Of a stretch of DNA of 64,000 bases, positions 15,121-28,400 are shown in pieces. Made by a program: the position numbers and the translations under genes. The notes beneath the pieces were generated by a model that had not been told where the DNA came from, searched no databases, and saw only the letters and a list, made by a program, of their open reading frames with translations. The stretch lies in the NCBI RefSeq assembly GCF_026210795.1, contig NC_089432.1, positions 3,286,001 to 3,350,000 on the forward strand, written 5' to 3'. Within the stretch, counting starts at the first letter, position 1. Each line of letters starts with the position of its first letter. The stretch comes from Rhizophagus irregularis. Lineage: Eukaryota.

Positions 15121-17573
15121 AGAGATATTCCGATACCCTTATATTTAATGAACACAAAATTATATGGACTTATTAGACTCTCATGATCACACTATAAAAT
15201 CAGGTCAATCAGCCATGAGTTTATTTATATTCTATTTAATGATTTTAATGGCTTGGTTTTTTGTATGAAAAATTAATTATATTAATTATTTGTCATGTAA
15301 ATGATATCTCAATTATGTATTGAAAATTCAACAAAATTTTACTGAATTATCAAAATATTCAAAAATATTTTGAAATAAATTTTTAATAATTATTCTTTTC
15401 AAAAATTTATTAATATATATCAGTATATCAAATATCAAGTCAGGCTAATGATTTGCGTGGATTACGTAACCTGAGGCCTTTTGTTATATTTAAGAAATTA
15501 AGGAGTGCTTATTTTCGTAACATCAAACGAACTTTGAAATAATAGTACATATTTTGGGTCTAAACACAATTTCTTGTTGCTTCAGCATATGAAAGCCTTA
15601 TTGCAGGCAATGTTGTACCTTTCATTAAAATTCTAAAAACCTTTTTATTGACAAGGTCACAAATGTCTTTATCTTCAACAGATGAGCCTGTACTTCAGGT
15701 AATTGTGGAAAATTTTCTGCCACTAAAATATTGTGTTCCAGAACTTGCATTGGTAATAAATGGTAAAAAGCCAAAAGGATCAGGTATTCCCAGACGCAAC
15801 AATTGATAGCACGAGTCACTGTTATTTTTTAATGATGTTAACAGAAAAAATCCTAAAGAAACTTCAACATGCCAAATATTGGAAGTAAAGAGGGGGAAGT
15901 GGTTTCATGGGACTTGTATTACTTAAATACTTAAAAAATGCTCTAATGAAACAAATGAAAAAAAGCTGTAGTCTTACAGTGCCCTTGCAAGTGTTGTTCA
16001 AATAAAAAATGAAAGAAGGACATAAGTAACAAACATAGTAAGTATAATATGCTCCGTATACTGCAGATATGGGGAGAGCATCCAGTCACATTACTATGAG
16101 TTTCTCATGCTAATTCTGGAAGAGGAATCATACTAAAGTCTGGAGTCCAAAAAAAGAAAAAAAATAAGCATAATGAAAGGAGAATATAGCTCCTGCTGTT
16201 GGTAAATTCTCGTTTTTTTCAATAAAATTTTTTGTTATTTTTTAATGTATACTAACAAATTACATCATCAAAGTAGAGTTTTGATAAAATGAAAGTTCTT
16301 GATTTGTGATGCTCTCATTCGACCACTCAATACTGTCTTAAACAAGTGGATTAACTTATATCTCTCATTCATGTCTTTTTACAAAGAAAGAAATTTCCTC
16401 ATTTGCTGAATTTATTCATGATGAACATGGCAGTAATCTAGCAAAATACATTTCCTGTCTACTTATTGACATGTTTGAAAAGCAGATCTTAAATGACGCA
16501 TCAGAGGATAGGATACATTGGAGAATAGATAGTTTGATCAGGATCCTGCTCCAGATGTTGCGCAAGAGTCTTATAATTGTACAAAAATATAAAATTACAG
16601 TCGTTACACTCGGTTTATTACTCTTCTTTACGATCTTTGTATAAAATTTTTTTTCTTTTTTTTTCTTTGCGATATGTTTGGTAATTAATGATTAATATGG
16701 ACCATCATATAACTTCAACAATATAAGAGAATGATATGAAAGCTAATTAAAATCTTAAGATGATTAGTTAAAGAATTTAGAGAAGATGCTCAAAAAAAAT
16801 AAAAATATTAATTGTGGCGAAAAGTAAATTTTGCCAAAAATTTGGAATATCACATGATTAGCGCAGTAAATTCAGCCCACACACACTACGATGAGTTTGG
16901 CCAGCATTAGTTTTGGTTATCGTCGTTATCGTAACAAAATTATGAATTTTGAAAATCAAAAAAGAATTTTTTTTTTTTGTAGCTACAGTAAGTGTTAAAG
17001 AACATTTTTGTTCGCCATTTTTGCTAAATTAAAAGAAACCACAAAATTCTCTAAGAGTTCTTAATATTCGACATCATACGAATAATGACAATTTACAATA
17101 TAACATTGTTATTGCGAAATACATCTTCATCTTCAATCGAATAACATACTCAGATACAGTATTACGGTGTGGTAGATCGACATCTTGTTTCAAAAATTAA
17201 AAATCATTATTTATGGAACAAAATCATTTGATAATATTTTTAACTAAAAATATTTTATATTTATTAACCATAAAATCATCATCCCCTTTTTAATCAATAT
17301 TCAATTTAATTGATGGATGGAAATTTTTTAATCTGAAACTTGAAAATTTTTGGAAAGAAGTGAGAAGAAAATCTTTAGAATTTTTTTTCAAAAATAACAT
17401 TTATTTACATTTATCTTAAATCAAATTATATTTTTAAATATTCTAGATGTAGGGATACTTTTGATAAATTAAAATATTCTTATTTTTCATCTTATAACAA
17501 TACATTTAAAAACTCCAATATGTTGTTGGTATGATTGTGGAAGAGATCATTTGTTCAATTTTATTCAATAACA

Positions 17574-17687
17574 CCATGTCCCAAACCTTACCAATCGGCC
17601 TAAATTAGGAGATCATTGTTGGTACAGTCTTAAGGCATTATTAGATTGGGCCAATAATTTAGGCCGATGGTAAGGTTTGGGACATGG
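17574..17687. mobile_element. Tiny fold-back MITE, Mutator-like
   Basis: ~32-bp TIR CCATGTCCCAAACCTTACCA...TGGTAAGGTTTGGGACATGG; 9-bp TSD TCAATAACA/TCAACAACA with one mismatch. Confidence 0.75.
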
Positions 17688-18002
17688 TCAACAACAACAT
17701 CCTCCCTTTAATAAAAAAATTTTTTTCACTTTCTTTAACCTAATTTTCATGTAGTATATATTTTAATAGTACTCTCTCAAAAATTTCATAATGACGTCAT
17801 TGTTTTATATATTACGCAATTACTGCGTTACTGACTTTTTTTGTTTGATAATACCAAATACCAAAATCACGCTGTACTACATCGGAGAAAAAAAAAATTT
17901 ATATAATAAGCACACACAATAAAACTAACAATTTTTACTTTTCATTTTTTTTTTTAACTTTCTGTTAACTTATTATTATTCAATACGTTCGATAATATCA
18001 AA

Positions 18003-19668
18003 ATGCAAGATACTGAAAATACAAATGAATGGGTTAATTGGATTGAAGAAGCAGTTGATAAAGAACATTTAAAATTTTATAAATATGAAGAATTTAATAA
18101 GATTCAATGTATTGGTACTGGAAGTTTTGGAAACGTATATCGTGCAAATTGGAAAAATTCAGAAAAACTATTTGCGTTAAAATCTTTTTTTAGTCTTAAT
18201 AACATCACCATGAAAGAAATAGTTCGTGAGGTATTTTAATGTATAATACATTTTTTTCTATCTATGAAATTTTATCTAATACCTATCTTTATTTCAAATA
18301 TTTTTATTTTTTATTCAGTTAAAAATTCAACGCCAAGTTGATTTTCATGATAACATTATTCGTTACTATGGAATAACAAAACTTGAGTCAGGTATTATTA
18401 ACATCACCTTGTATAAATATAATACGCAAAATTTTACAAAAGTTCATTTTAATTATTTCTTTTATTCATTAGAAAATCATAATAATTATGGATTAGTAAT
18501 GGAATACGCTGACGACGGTACTCTTCGAAGTTATTTAAAGGAAAATTTTAACAAACTTACTTGGGATGATAAATATAATATGGCATACCAGTTATCTTGT
18601 GCCGTATCATGCTTACATAACGAAAGAATAGTACATCGTGACTTGGTAATTTATTTATTATTTAATCATTAATAGTAATGTATTTTGTATTATTAATTTA
18701 AAAAAAATTGTTTATACATGTTTCTTTAATAGCACTCCTGTAATATACTAGTCCGTAATAACACAATCAAATTAGCAGATTTTGGATTATCTCAAAGAAT
18801 TGGAGCATCATCCAATTTTCAATCTAAATTATTTGGTGTGGTTCCTTATGTCGATCCAAAAAGCTTTAGTAGACGAAAAAATAATAATAATCAATCAACA
18901 CAAATGTACTTATTAAATGAAAAAAGTGATATTTATAGTATAGGCGTATTATTTTGGGAAATATCTAGTGGTCAACCTCCTTTTTATGTTGAGGATGAAC
19001 ATTATGATGTTGGTTTAGTTGTGGAAATTTCACAAGGTCTTAGAGAAATTGTTGTTCCTGACACTCCTGAAGAATATGTTAAAATTTATACTAGTGAGTA
19101 AAATTTAAAAATTTAAATTCTACATTTTTATAATTTAAAATATTATTTTAATTAAATCTTAAATTACATTTATTTCTTAGAATGTTGGGATGGGGAACCA
19201 GATAATCGTCCAACTATATATCAAGTAGTTGATTGGTTAAATGCAATAATTACAAAATCAGATGTAATAATAGAAAATCATCAAATGTCAAATGAACAAG
19301 AACTTAATGAGACTTCTTTAAGTACTAATAATTCAGAATTACAAGGTCAACTTATTCAAAATTTTGATAAAATGATTATTAAAGAAATTGGTCCTATGGC
19401 AATATCAAGTAAACAAGAAAATCATTCAACTGAAAAAGATTTTAACATTATGGTTGATGATAATTGGTCATATGTGATGGGTATAACACCATCAACAGCT
19501 ACGCAAGTGGCTAGCCCAATATCTCCCGTCAGTGTGATCAATCCTAATTATTCCTATCCTATACAAGACGAAGAAGAAGAAGGTGAATGGTTAACTGAAG
19601 ATGAACAAGAGGAGACTCCCGTCAGTGTGATCAATACTAATTATTCCCATCCTATACAGGACGAATAA
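18003..19668 (+). CDS. TKL-type protein kinase whose C-terminus is copied from the SP-RING gene
   Basis: Exons 18003-18230, 18319-18391, 18473-18645, 18733-19093 and 19181-19668 splice in frame. Motifs: GTGSFG, ALK, HRDLH, DFG, KSDIYS. Confidence 0.85.
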
Positions 19669-19870
19669 GAAGAAGGTGAATGGTTAACTGAAGATGAACA
19701 AGAGGAGATAGTTTTAGACTCGTCAAGCGCTGATATAAAAAAAGAAGGATTTTAATTGCTTAAAAGTAATATTATTTTTTTTTCGGTATGGCTATAATTA
19801 ACAAGAAAAAGAATAAAATTTAATATCATGAGATCTTAATTAATTAATTGCCTCAAATTTTATTATATTC
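19460..19870 (+). repeat. Duplicated copy of the SP-RING gene 3' end and 3' UTR (source ~5522-5949)
   Basis: NWSYVMGITPS...ATQVASPISPVSV.NPNYS.PIQDEEEEGEWLTEDEQEE is shared; DNA identity continues through GGATTTTAATTGCTTAAAAGTAATAT to GCCTCAAATTTTATTATATTC. Confidence 0.95.
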
Positions 19871-22800
19871 ATACTCCTTTAATTCTTCTTTCATCGGTCT
19901 TTCTGTTTCCTGATATATTACTTTCAACGATTGCCCCATAACTATAAATTTTTGTCTGTCTAAAATTTTTCTTCTTTACTATCTTCTATCACGCGATTAT
20001 TTGTCTCTTTTTTATTTACTTGTCTAAAGTCTAAACTCATTAATTATCTGTACCACCTCATCATAAATCGTATTTTCATCTAACTTCTTTGTTTATTCAT
20101 TATGGATGTTTTGGTGTAATAAGAAAAAAAAAATTTTAACTATTGTAGTAAAAAAAAAACCGGGTAATCTCAGTCTGTTACACAAGAGCGCGATCGAATA
20201 TATTTTATGCCTCGTATAATAGGATAGCATGTTTAAGGAGCGCGGATTAACACGTTGCTTTATTATCTTTTGTAATATGTAGATTAATTAAAACAATCTA
20301 TTCTTATTCACGCGCTTCATAAGAGTTTTAAAAAAAAAATTCACGGATATTGATGTTATAATAATAAGGTTATTATGCATGTAAGTACGTACAATTAATA
20401 TCCGATCTCTGAAATAATTTTTGCGCATTAAAAAAATCCTGTGCGTTTTGTTTCGTCAATAATCTTTTTTTTCATTATTATTGATATTATTTCATTTTCT
20501 TATTATTATTGATATTATTTCATTTTTCTAAATTACTCTAAATTTATGACGTTATGTCCAATCATTTTCCGATCATTTTCAAAAAAGAATATAATTTTAA
20601 CGAAAAAAAATTTTTACAAGTACAGTATATGATTGATTATTACTTTGTATCATAAACTTAATGTTCACTATAAAAGATTTTAAATATATATTATATCACA
20701 ATCGGATTTATATATTTTAGAGATAAATTTTCATATATTTCTTAGATAAAAAGTTTTATATAATCGTTTATATAATAATAAATAATTATAGACACAAAAA
20801 CAATTAAGCAATGGCCCGATCTTAAATATGTCCATTCAACCTTTTCTTTTTCTGTTTCAAAATACTAAAACGCCAACAGAGTCAAAAATTTTTAATAATT
20901 CGTTTATATACTAATAATAAACGATTTTAACGCATCCATTCACGTCTTTTATTGTAAAATATACGTAAAAAAACAATATCTATACGTAATTTTGTGCAAT
21001 GTTAAATATTTAAATACGTCGGTTTTGTATCTTTTTTTTATCTCCTACGCATATTATTGTTATATCCTCTTTAACATATGTTATACAAACGAAAATACCT
21101 TCTCAAAGAAGAAAGAAGATAAAGAATCGTAAGGCATTTTCGACTTAACATACTTATTAATAATGGAAGCACATTGAGGTTTGTCGCGAACCTTCAATTT
21201 TTCAACGGATTTTCTTTTTATTAACTCCAAAAAATTATAACTAATGAAAAAAATGAATAAATTTGGCAAGTAATTAATCAGAATTTTTTTGTTTATAATA
21301 TAGTAATATAAATTGGAATACTATATCATTGTTTAATGGATGGAATAGAAAATTCAGGGCAATTTTATAGATAATAATAAATATAGTCTTCATTTGTTTA
21401 ATGAAAATAAATTAAAAATGGTAAGTCCTTTTCTAAGTTTCATCTATATAATAACTAAAATTATCTGCTCGTTTCAAGATATGATCGTGTATTTCTGCAT
21501 TTCAGGATATGATATCATTAATTCGTCATAATAAATTTCCTTTAAATAATTCTACCTTTGTTAAAATCTTAACAAAGGTCACAATCTATTTGACTTGGGG
21601 TAATATCAAGTCTCACCCATGGTGAGGAATAATTTTACCCTTTTTTATAATTACAAATTGATTTTTTTTTTTTAATCTCTAATAACCAAAAAACAATAAT
21701 TTTTTTTGTCTCGAAAAAAAATAAAAAAAAATCTCATCTGTTTTTTTTAAAAAAAAAAAAATTTTTTTGGTTATTATCCATGGTTGGAGAATAATAAGAA
21801 AGAAGGAGATAAAGGAAAAAAAATAACGAATAAAGAAAAATAAAAAGTACACTTAATTATTAAATGTCCTGAGAGATTTATTAGCTGTTAGAATTACTTT
21901 TTAATTCTCTCGAAATTTAATATCTTTTTTAGACTAATCATTAAGATTAATAAATTATGCTTGTAATTCTAGTTCAGGCGATTCACCATATTCTTTTCGC
22001 CTCCCTTCTAATGCTGCTAATGCGTCTTCATCTATTGGTGTAGATGGTGTAGATGGACCATTAGATGGTCTCTTTGATCTTTGACCATTTGAACTCCTTC
22101 TCTTTACATACCGTCGAGTACTTTTCACGTGGTTGAAGATTTAACCAGCCGGAAGGTATTGGTAGTCTTGAGAAACTTACTCTATTATTAGATAATGGTG
22201 AAGAGAAGTAAGCTGCATCTTGATGATGAGCTAGGAGTTCCAAGGGTTCCTATTGATACTGCAGCTTCGACTACTGCATAAGCTTAACCTAATTTATGAT
22301 TTCTCAGGCAATTATTATATTTCTTTCTTTATTAGGTTACCTAATTATAAAAATTTGTTAATCGTTTGATCATCTCTAAATTTATAGTAGACAATTAATT
22401 AAAAGCGTAATTAAATGAAATAAAGTAGTTGTTTATTTCGTCAAAGAATTCAATTAAATCTTTTTTTTTTTTTTTTTTTTTAATGATTTATATATGCTTT
22501 ATTGATATGTAGTTTATATACCATACAAACAAATTATCATAAGCTATAAATTCAATTTAATCTAAATCATAAAAAATAAAATATTTAATTTGCAACTTCA
22601 GGATAATCTAAAAAAATATAAATTATTGCGGTACAATATCAGATATGTCTACTATTTTCATTTTTTTTTCTTAGAATATTACCCGCCTCCGGTTAAATCA
22701 ATATAGTTTTTTTGAATTTTTAAATTTAAGGAAAAAAGCACTAAGTTTCATATAGTTATTAAAAAGAGTACATTTTCTCACTCTTTGACCCACTAACTTG

Positions 22801-25499
22801 AGTTCATCATATAACTTTTATTATTCAAACGAATGGCGCAGTAAAATTAATAAACTGGACGTTTTATAAAGGAAGATTTATAATTACTTTAGCTTATACT
22901 CTACTTTCGCTAAAATTTGACCAAAGTTATATTATTCTTAATTTAAGATTACGCGTAACTATAAATAATTTTTCCATTTTCCATTTTCGATTTTTTTTTC
23001 TGTCACTTTCAAGAAATCTTGAGGGAAGAACTATTACATTCATGTTTACTCATTGTTATTGACATTTTTAATAGAACTTTTATTATTTCGAAACAACCAT
23101 TTTATGAGGCTTTTCCATATATTTCAATTAATTTTTCATGAGTAATAAATAAATTAATCAAATGTGTATTTGGTGATATTAATTATAAACAATTATTTAA
23201 TATTTTCGAATATTCTGTATTGAAAAAAAAATCATTTTCATTTTCAACTCTAAAGTACTTCTAAAGTGTAATATTATATTCTGTCCTGAATGTCGAATTT
23301 TGATTAGGTAATATTAAACCTGAAAATTCATTATTTAATTGTCTAAGGAAAGTTAAAATATACTGTAAGTACTATAATTCTCAAAAAAAAAAAAAAAATT
23401 TGGGAGTAATAAAATTTGTAACGTCAGAAAGATGATGATTTATTTATACAATAGAATTAAAAATTTGTCTTTATAATTTTATAGTGAATAAGATGTTAAT
23501 GATAATAATTAAGAGAAGCTAATTTACCAAAAACTTCAAATCTTTCTTTACTAAATTTAATTATATAAGTAGTCGATTGAAATAATAAAACTACTTTTAA
23601 ATATTTTAATAATCTTTTATATCTGCAGTTTTTTTGTACTATAAGTAATTTTTTCTATTTTGGTATTTATAAGGAATAATAATAATTGTATAAGGAATAA
23701 AAATGATGGTTAGATCATTTACTTACATACTGTATTTCACAATATTGAGTCCATATTACCATTAAATGGGAAAGAAAAATGTTAATAAAAATGCTAACGA
23801 ATAACGATAATGTATATTATTCCTTTAAACAAAAATGGAGTGATTAAAAATTTAATAATTTTCATTTGATTTATTATTATATTTTCATATGGAGATTAGC
23901 TATCAAATTATTTGGATGAAGACATACTATCATGAATCATGTTGTAACATTCTATAAACTTTACACATCAATAAATTTTACGCATGGTCAATATAATAAT
24001 GATCATTAAATTTATTTATATAATATAATAATAGTGTTGACATATCAGACAACAACAAGATGAACTTCAAGTTTATAATTGTAAACCTGTTAATTCTAAA
24101 GTGCAGATTATCCTTAAGTTACAACCCATATATATAAAAGTTGAAACAAATGAAATTGTGTTTGGGAATTATTAAATAAGTAATATAAAAAAGTAGAATA
24201 CCTAAAACTCGAGTTAAGGAATTAATTGAATAGATGGGATGTATACAGTGAAATTTGATATAATGGAACCATCCATTCCATTAGTAAATTTGTCAAAAAT
24301 CCATTATATCAAGAATCCTTGTTGTATTAAAGGTAAATTAATTATAGACTCTAATTCTGATATATCAAGATTTTACTTATCAGTATATCAAATTTTATTG
24401 TGTACAACACAACAAATTTTTAATGCAATTAAGTAATTTCTCAATAATGTAATACTTATTATACATACCTTAAAAATGAAGGAGATTTAAATAATAATTA
24501 TTTTGGAAAAGCCACAACATAGTATTTATCTTAGTTCTGTTTTAAAGATAAAAATGTTATTGCTTTAACAGAAATAAGTGAGGTTTTATACAATCACTAC
24601 AAAGACTACAAAAGATATAATTGTTGATACAAAGTTACAAATTGAAATTTTGCAAAACCACTGGTAGTTCATTAGCAGGAAAACTCTTTGAAATGTTGGT
24701 TCATGATATGATATATAAAGGTTAAGTAGTTGCACCATTCTTGAAGTTGAAAATTTTGAGTCTGTTATTAGTGCTATCTATTATGCCTTGTAATAACATT
24801 AATTATTAATATTATATAACAATAGTAGAAATACATAAGGCATTTGATGATGTTCTAAACATTATTAACAGACTTAAATTTTGGTATGGATATATGAAAT
24901 TCTTTACTTATGGCACCACTAAATATGGAAAGTTGCATTGATAGTATGCTTTTTTCTTAAAACTGAAAAGCTTGCAATACATTTTGATTGCCATAAATTG
25001 GCCAGAATTCAATATCAGCCATTGAAATGAGTATAAAAAATTTTATATTATTTATTTTACTTTTATACATCGGAATGGTTTTATATACTTATATTATCAT
25101 TTTGATAATTTATGTTTAATAATTGGAAAGCTAAAAAAAAGATTTATTTAAATTACAAACTAAGAAATTTGTAAAATAATTACTACTCTAGCCTTAGTGT
25201 TTAAATAATTCTACCAAAAAAAAAGAGAATACATATATGAATAAAATATAAAAAAAAGGAATTATTTAAATTACAAATTAAGAATCTTGTAAAATATTTT
25301 ACTAGTACTCTAGCCTTAGTGTTTAAATAAATCTAAACAACAATTTCTGTTAAATGCATAACATCAAATACACTTAAAAAAAACTATAAATTCTTATAAA
25401 AACACAAATAATTGGTTATTTTTTATCTGGTTTAATATCTAAATAAATAAATAAATAAAATTAATTCACATAAATAATTTGCAAAATTAATATACTATA

Positions 25500-28400
25500 T
25501 TACATACCTAATGACTTCAAATTAAATATACAATCATCCAAATCTTTACTTACTAGCATTTCGTTCACTTTTACATTAGCTTGTGAATCTTCACTTTCAA
25601 GAATTTCATTCACTTTTCCACTAGTAGATGATTGACTTAAATAATAAGCTTGTAAATTTCTACTTTCAAGAATTTCATTCAATTCTTTACTAGTAAAATC
25701 AAGTAAGCGACTTGTATAATATGCCTGTGAATGAGATATAGTAGCAAGGTTATTGTTATGCCCAATTGGTGCGTTTATAAATTCCATAATATTGTATTTT
25801 AATTCTTCATTAATATCTTCAACATTATATGGAGGAGCAATCCAATTTTCAATAATATTTAACACTTCTTTAGAAGATGGCCTTTTTAATGGATTTTCAT
25901 CCCAACACTTTTTCATCAATTCTACATAATGCTGTGGAGTATTTTCAATAATTTCAGGACGTTCACCTTCACAAATACTTAAACTAAGTTGAATATCATG
26001 TGCTTTATTATTATATGGTGGTATTCCAGATGTAAATTCCCACATAATCATAGAAAAACTATATATATCACTAGCTGGAGTATAGGAATTTCCTCTTAAA
26101 ATTTCAGGTGCCATAAATGGTATAACACCATAAATATCATATTTTTTCAAAAATGATTTTACAGGTTTACATAATCCTAAATCACTAATATAAATTTTAC
26201 CCTTATTATGATTTAAAATATTACCATCATGAAAATCACAATGAATAAGCTCTTGTTTATGTATATCATTAAGTCCAGAAATAATTTCAAATAACATATA
26301 TAATTTTTGATTCCAATCACTTTTGATTATTTTTGATAAGTTTCCTCTTAAATTACCTTCATTTGCATAATCCATTACCACCATATATTTCAAAGTATCT
26401 GGATCTTTTGTAAATCCATAAAAATAGATAATATAATATGAACTTAAACAACTTCCATGATATTTCCACTATAAATAATAATAATGATATATTAATATAA
26501 ATAAATATTAATTTAAATAAAAAAATAAATAATATATTATCATACTTCATTTAAAAATTCATTTAAATTTTCACTTAGATTATTATGAAGTTTAAGAATT
26601 ACTTCATTATCTTTATTATCATAAAACCAAGTAGCTTTGTATATTGTACCAAATCTTCCTTTATCAAGATACTCAACATTTTTAAATTTATCATAAGGAA
26701 TCCATTTTAATTTTTTTTCAAAAATAAAATTATCCATAATTGTATTTCCACTTTTTCCTAATCTATAAATTTAAATAATCAAAATTATTATTAAAGTTTA
26801 TATTAAAATCACATTAAAATTTAATCAACATTTACCCTAAAATTTAAACAGAAATTTAATATAATGTATATCTTAGTTATATACAATAATAACCTATATT
26901 TTAAAACTTACCAACTAAAGTAACAAAAATTTATATGAAAAGATTCAATTAATAATTATTTATAAAGTATATAACAATAGAAATAACAAATAACTTACAA
27001 GCTGTATTATCAAATTTTTAAATAAAGAATTTAGTTAGTTTAAATTATATACAAATATTATATAAATAAGTAATAGTAGAACTAAATAAATAACTTACAC
27101 CCTATAAATATTATTAAATAATTTTTTAAATAAAGAATTAGTTAGTTTAAATTATATGTAAATATTGTATAAATAAGTAATAATAGAATTAAATAAATAA
27201 CTTACTTCCTATATTATTAAACAATAATTTTTTAAAAATAAAGAATTTATTAGTTAGTTTAAATTATATGTATATATTATATAAATAGTAATAATAGATT
27301 AAATAAATAACTTACTCCCTATTTTTTAAATAAAAAATTTAGTTAGATTGAATTATATGTAAATATTATAACAATAAGTAATAATAGATTAAATAAATAA
27401 CTTAAAACTTACAATCTATTTAAATAAATAATTTAGGTAGTTTAAATTATATGTAAGTATTATATAAATATATAGTAATAGAATTAAATAAATAACTTAT
27501 AGTCTACCAACTAAAAAAATTACAAAATGATTTTTTTGTAAATATTATATAAATAAGTAATAATACTATAGAATTAAATAAATAACTTATAACTTACAAT
27601 CTATTTAAATTAAGGATTTAGTTAGTTTAAATTATATGTAAATATTATATAAATAATTAATAATAGAATTAAATAAATAACTTATAGCCTACCACCTAAA
27701 AAAATTACAAAATAATTTTTTAAGTAAAGAATTCAGTTAGTTTAGTTTAAATTATGTGTAAATATTATATATATAAATAAGTGATAATACTGTAGAATTA
27801 AATAATTAACTTATAACTTACAATCTATTTAAATTAAGAATTTAGTTAGTTTAAATTATATGTAAATATTATATAAATAAATAATATTAGAATTAAATAA
27901 ACAATTTATAACTTACAAACTAAAGAAATTACAAAATAATTTTTTAAAAAAAGAATTTAATTAGTTTAAACAATATGTAAATATTATATAAATAAATCAT
28001 AATAGAATTGAATAAATAACTTATAACTTACTAACTATAATTTTTTAATTAATGTTTTAGTTAGTTAAAATTATATGTAAATATTATAATAGAATTAAAT
28101 AAGTAACTTACAATCTATTAAATAAAAGAAATTAGTTAGTTTAAATTATATACAAATATTATATAAATAAGTAATAATAGAATTAAATAAATAACTTACT
28201 TCCTATATTATTAAATAATTTTTTTTAAATAAAGAATTTAGTTAGTTTAAAATATATGCTAAATATTATTTAAATAAGTAATATTTAAATAAGTAATAAT
28301 AGATTAAATAAATAACTTATAACTTACCAACTAAAAGAAATTACAAAATAATTTTTTAAATAAAGAATTTAGTTAGCTTAAATTATATAAATATTATATA

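Noticed and set aside
14300..16620. Possible decayed coding or transposon sequence
   Set aside because: No sustained frame or motif that I can identify.
21960..22290. GC-richer minus-strand stretch that looks coding (PSTPSTPIDEDALAALE)
   Set aside because: Frame is broken, there is no recognisable domain and no consistent gene model.
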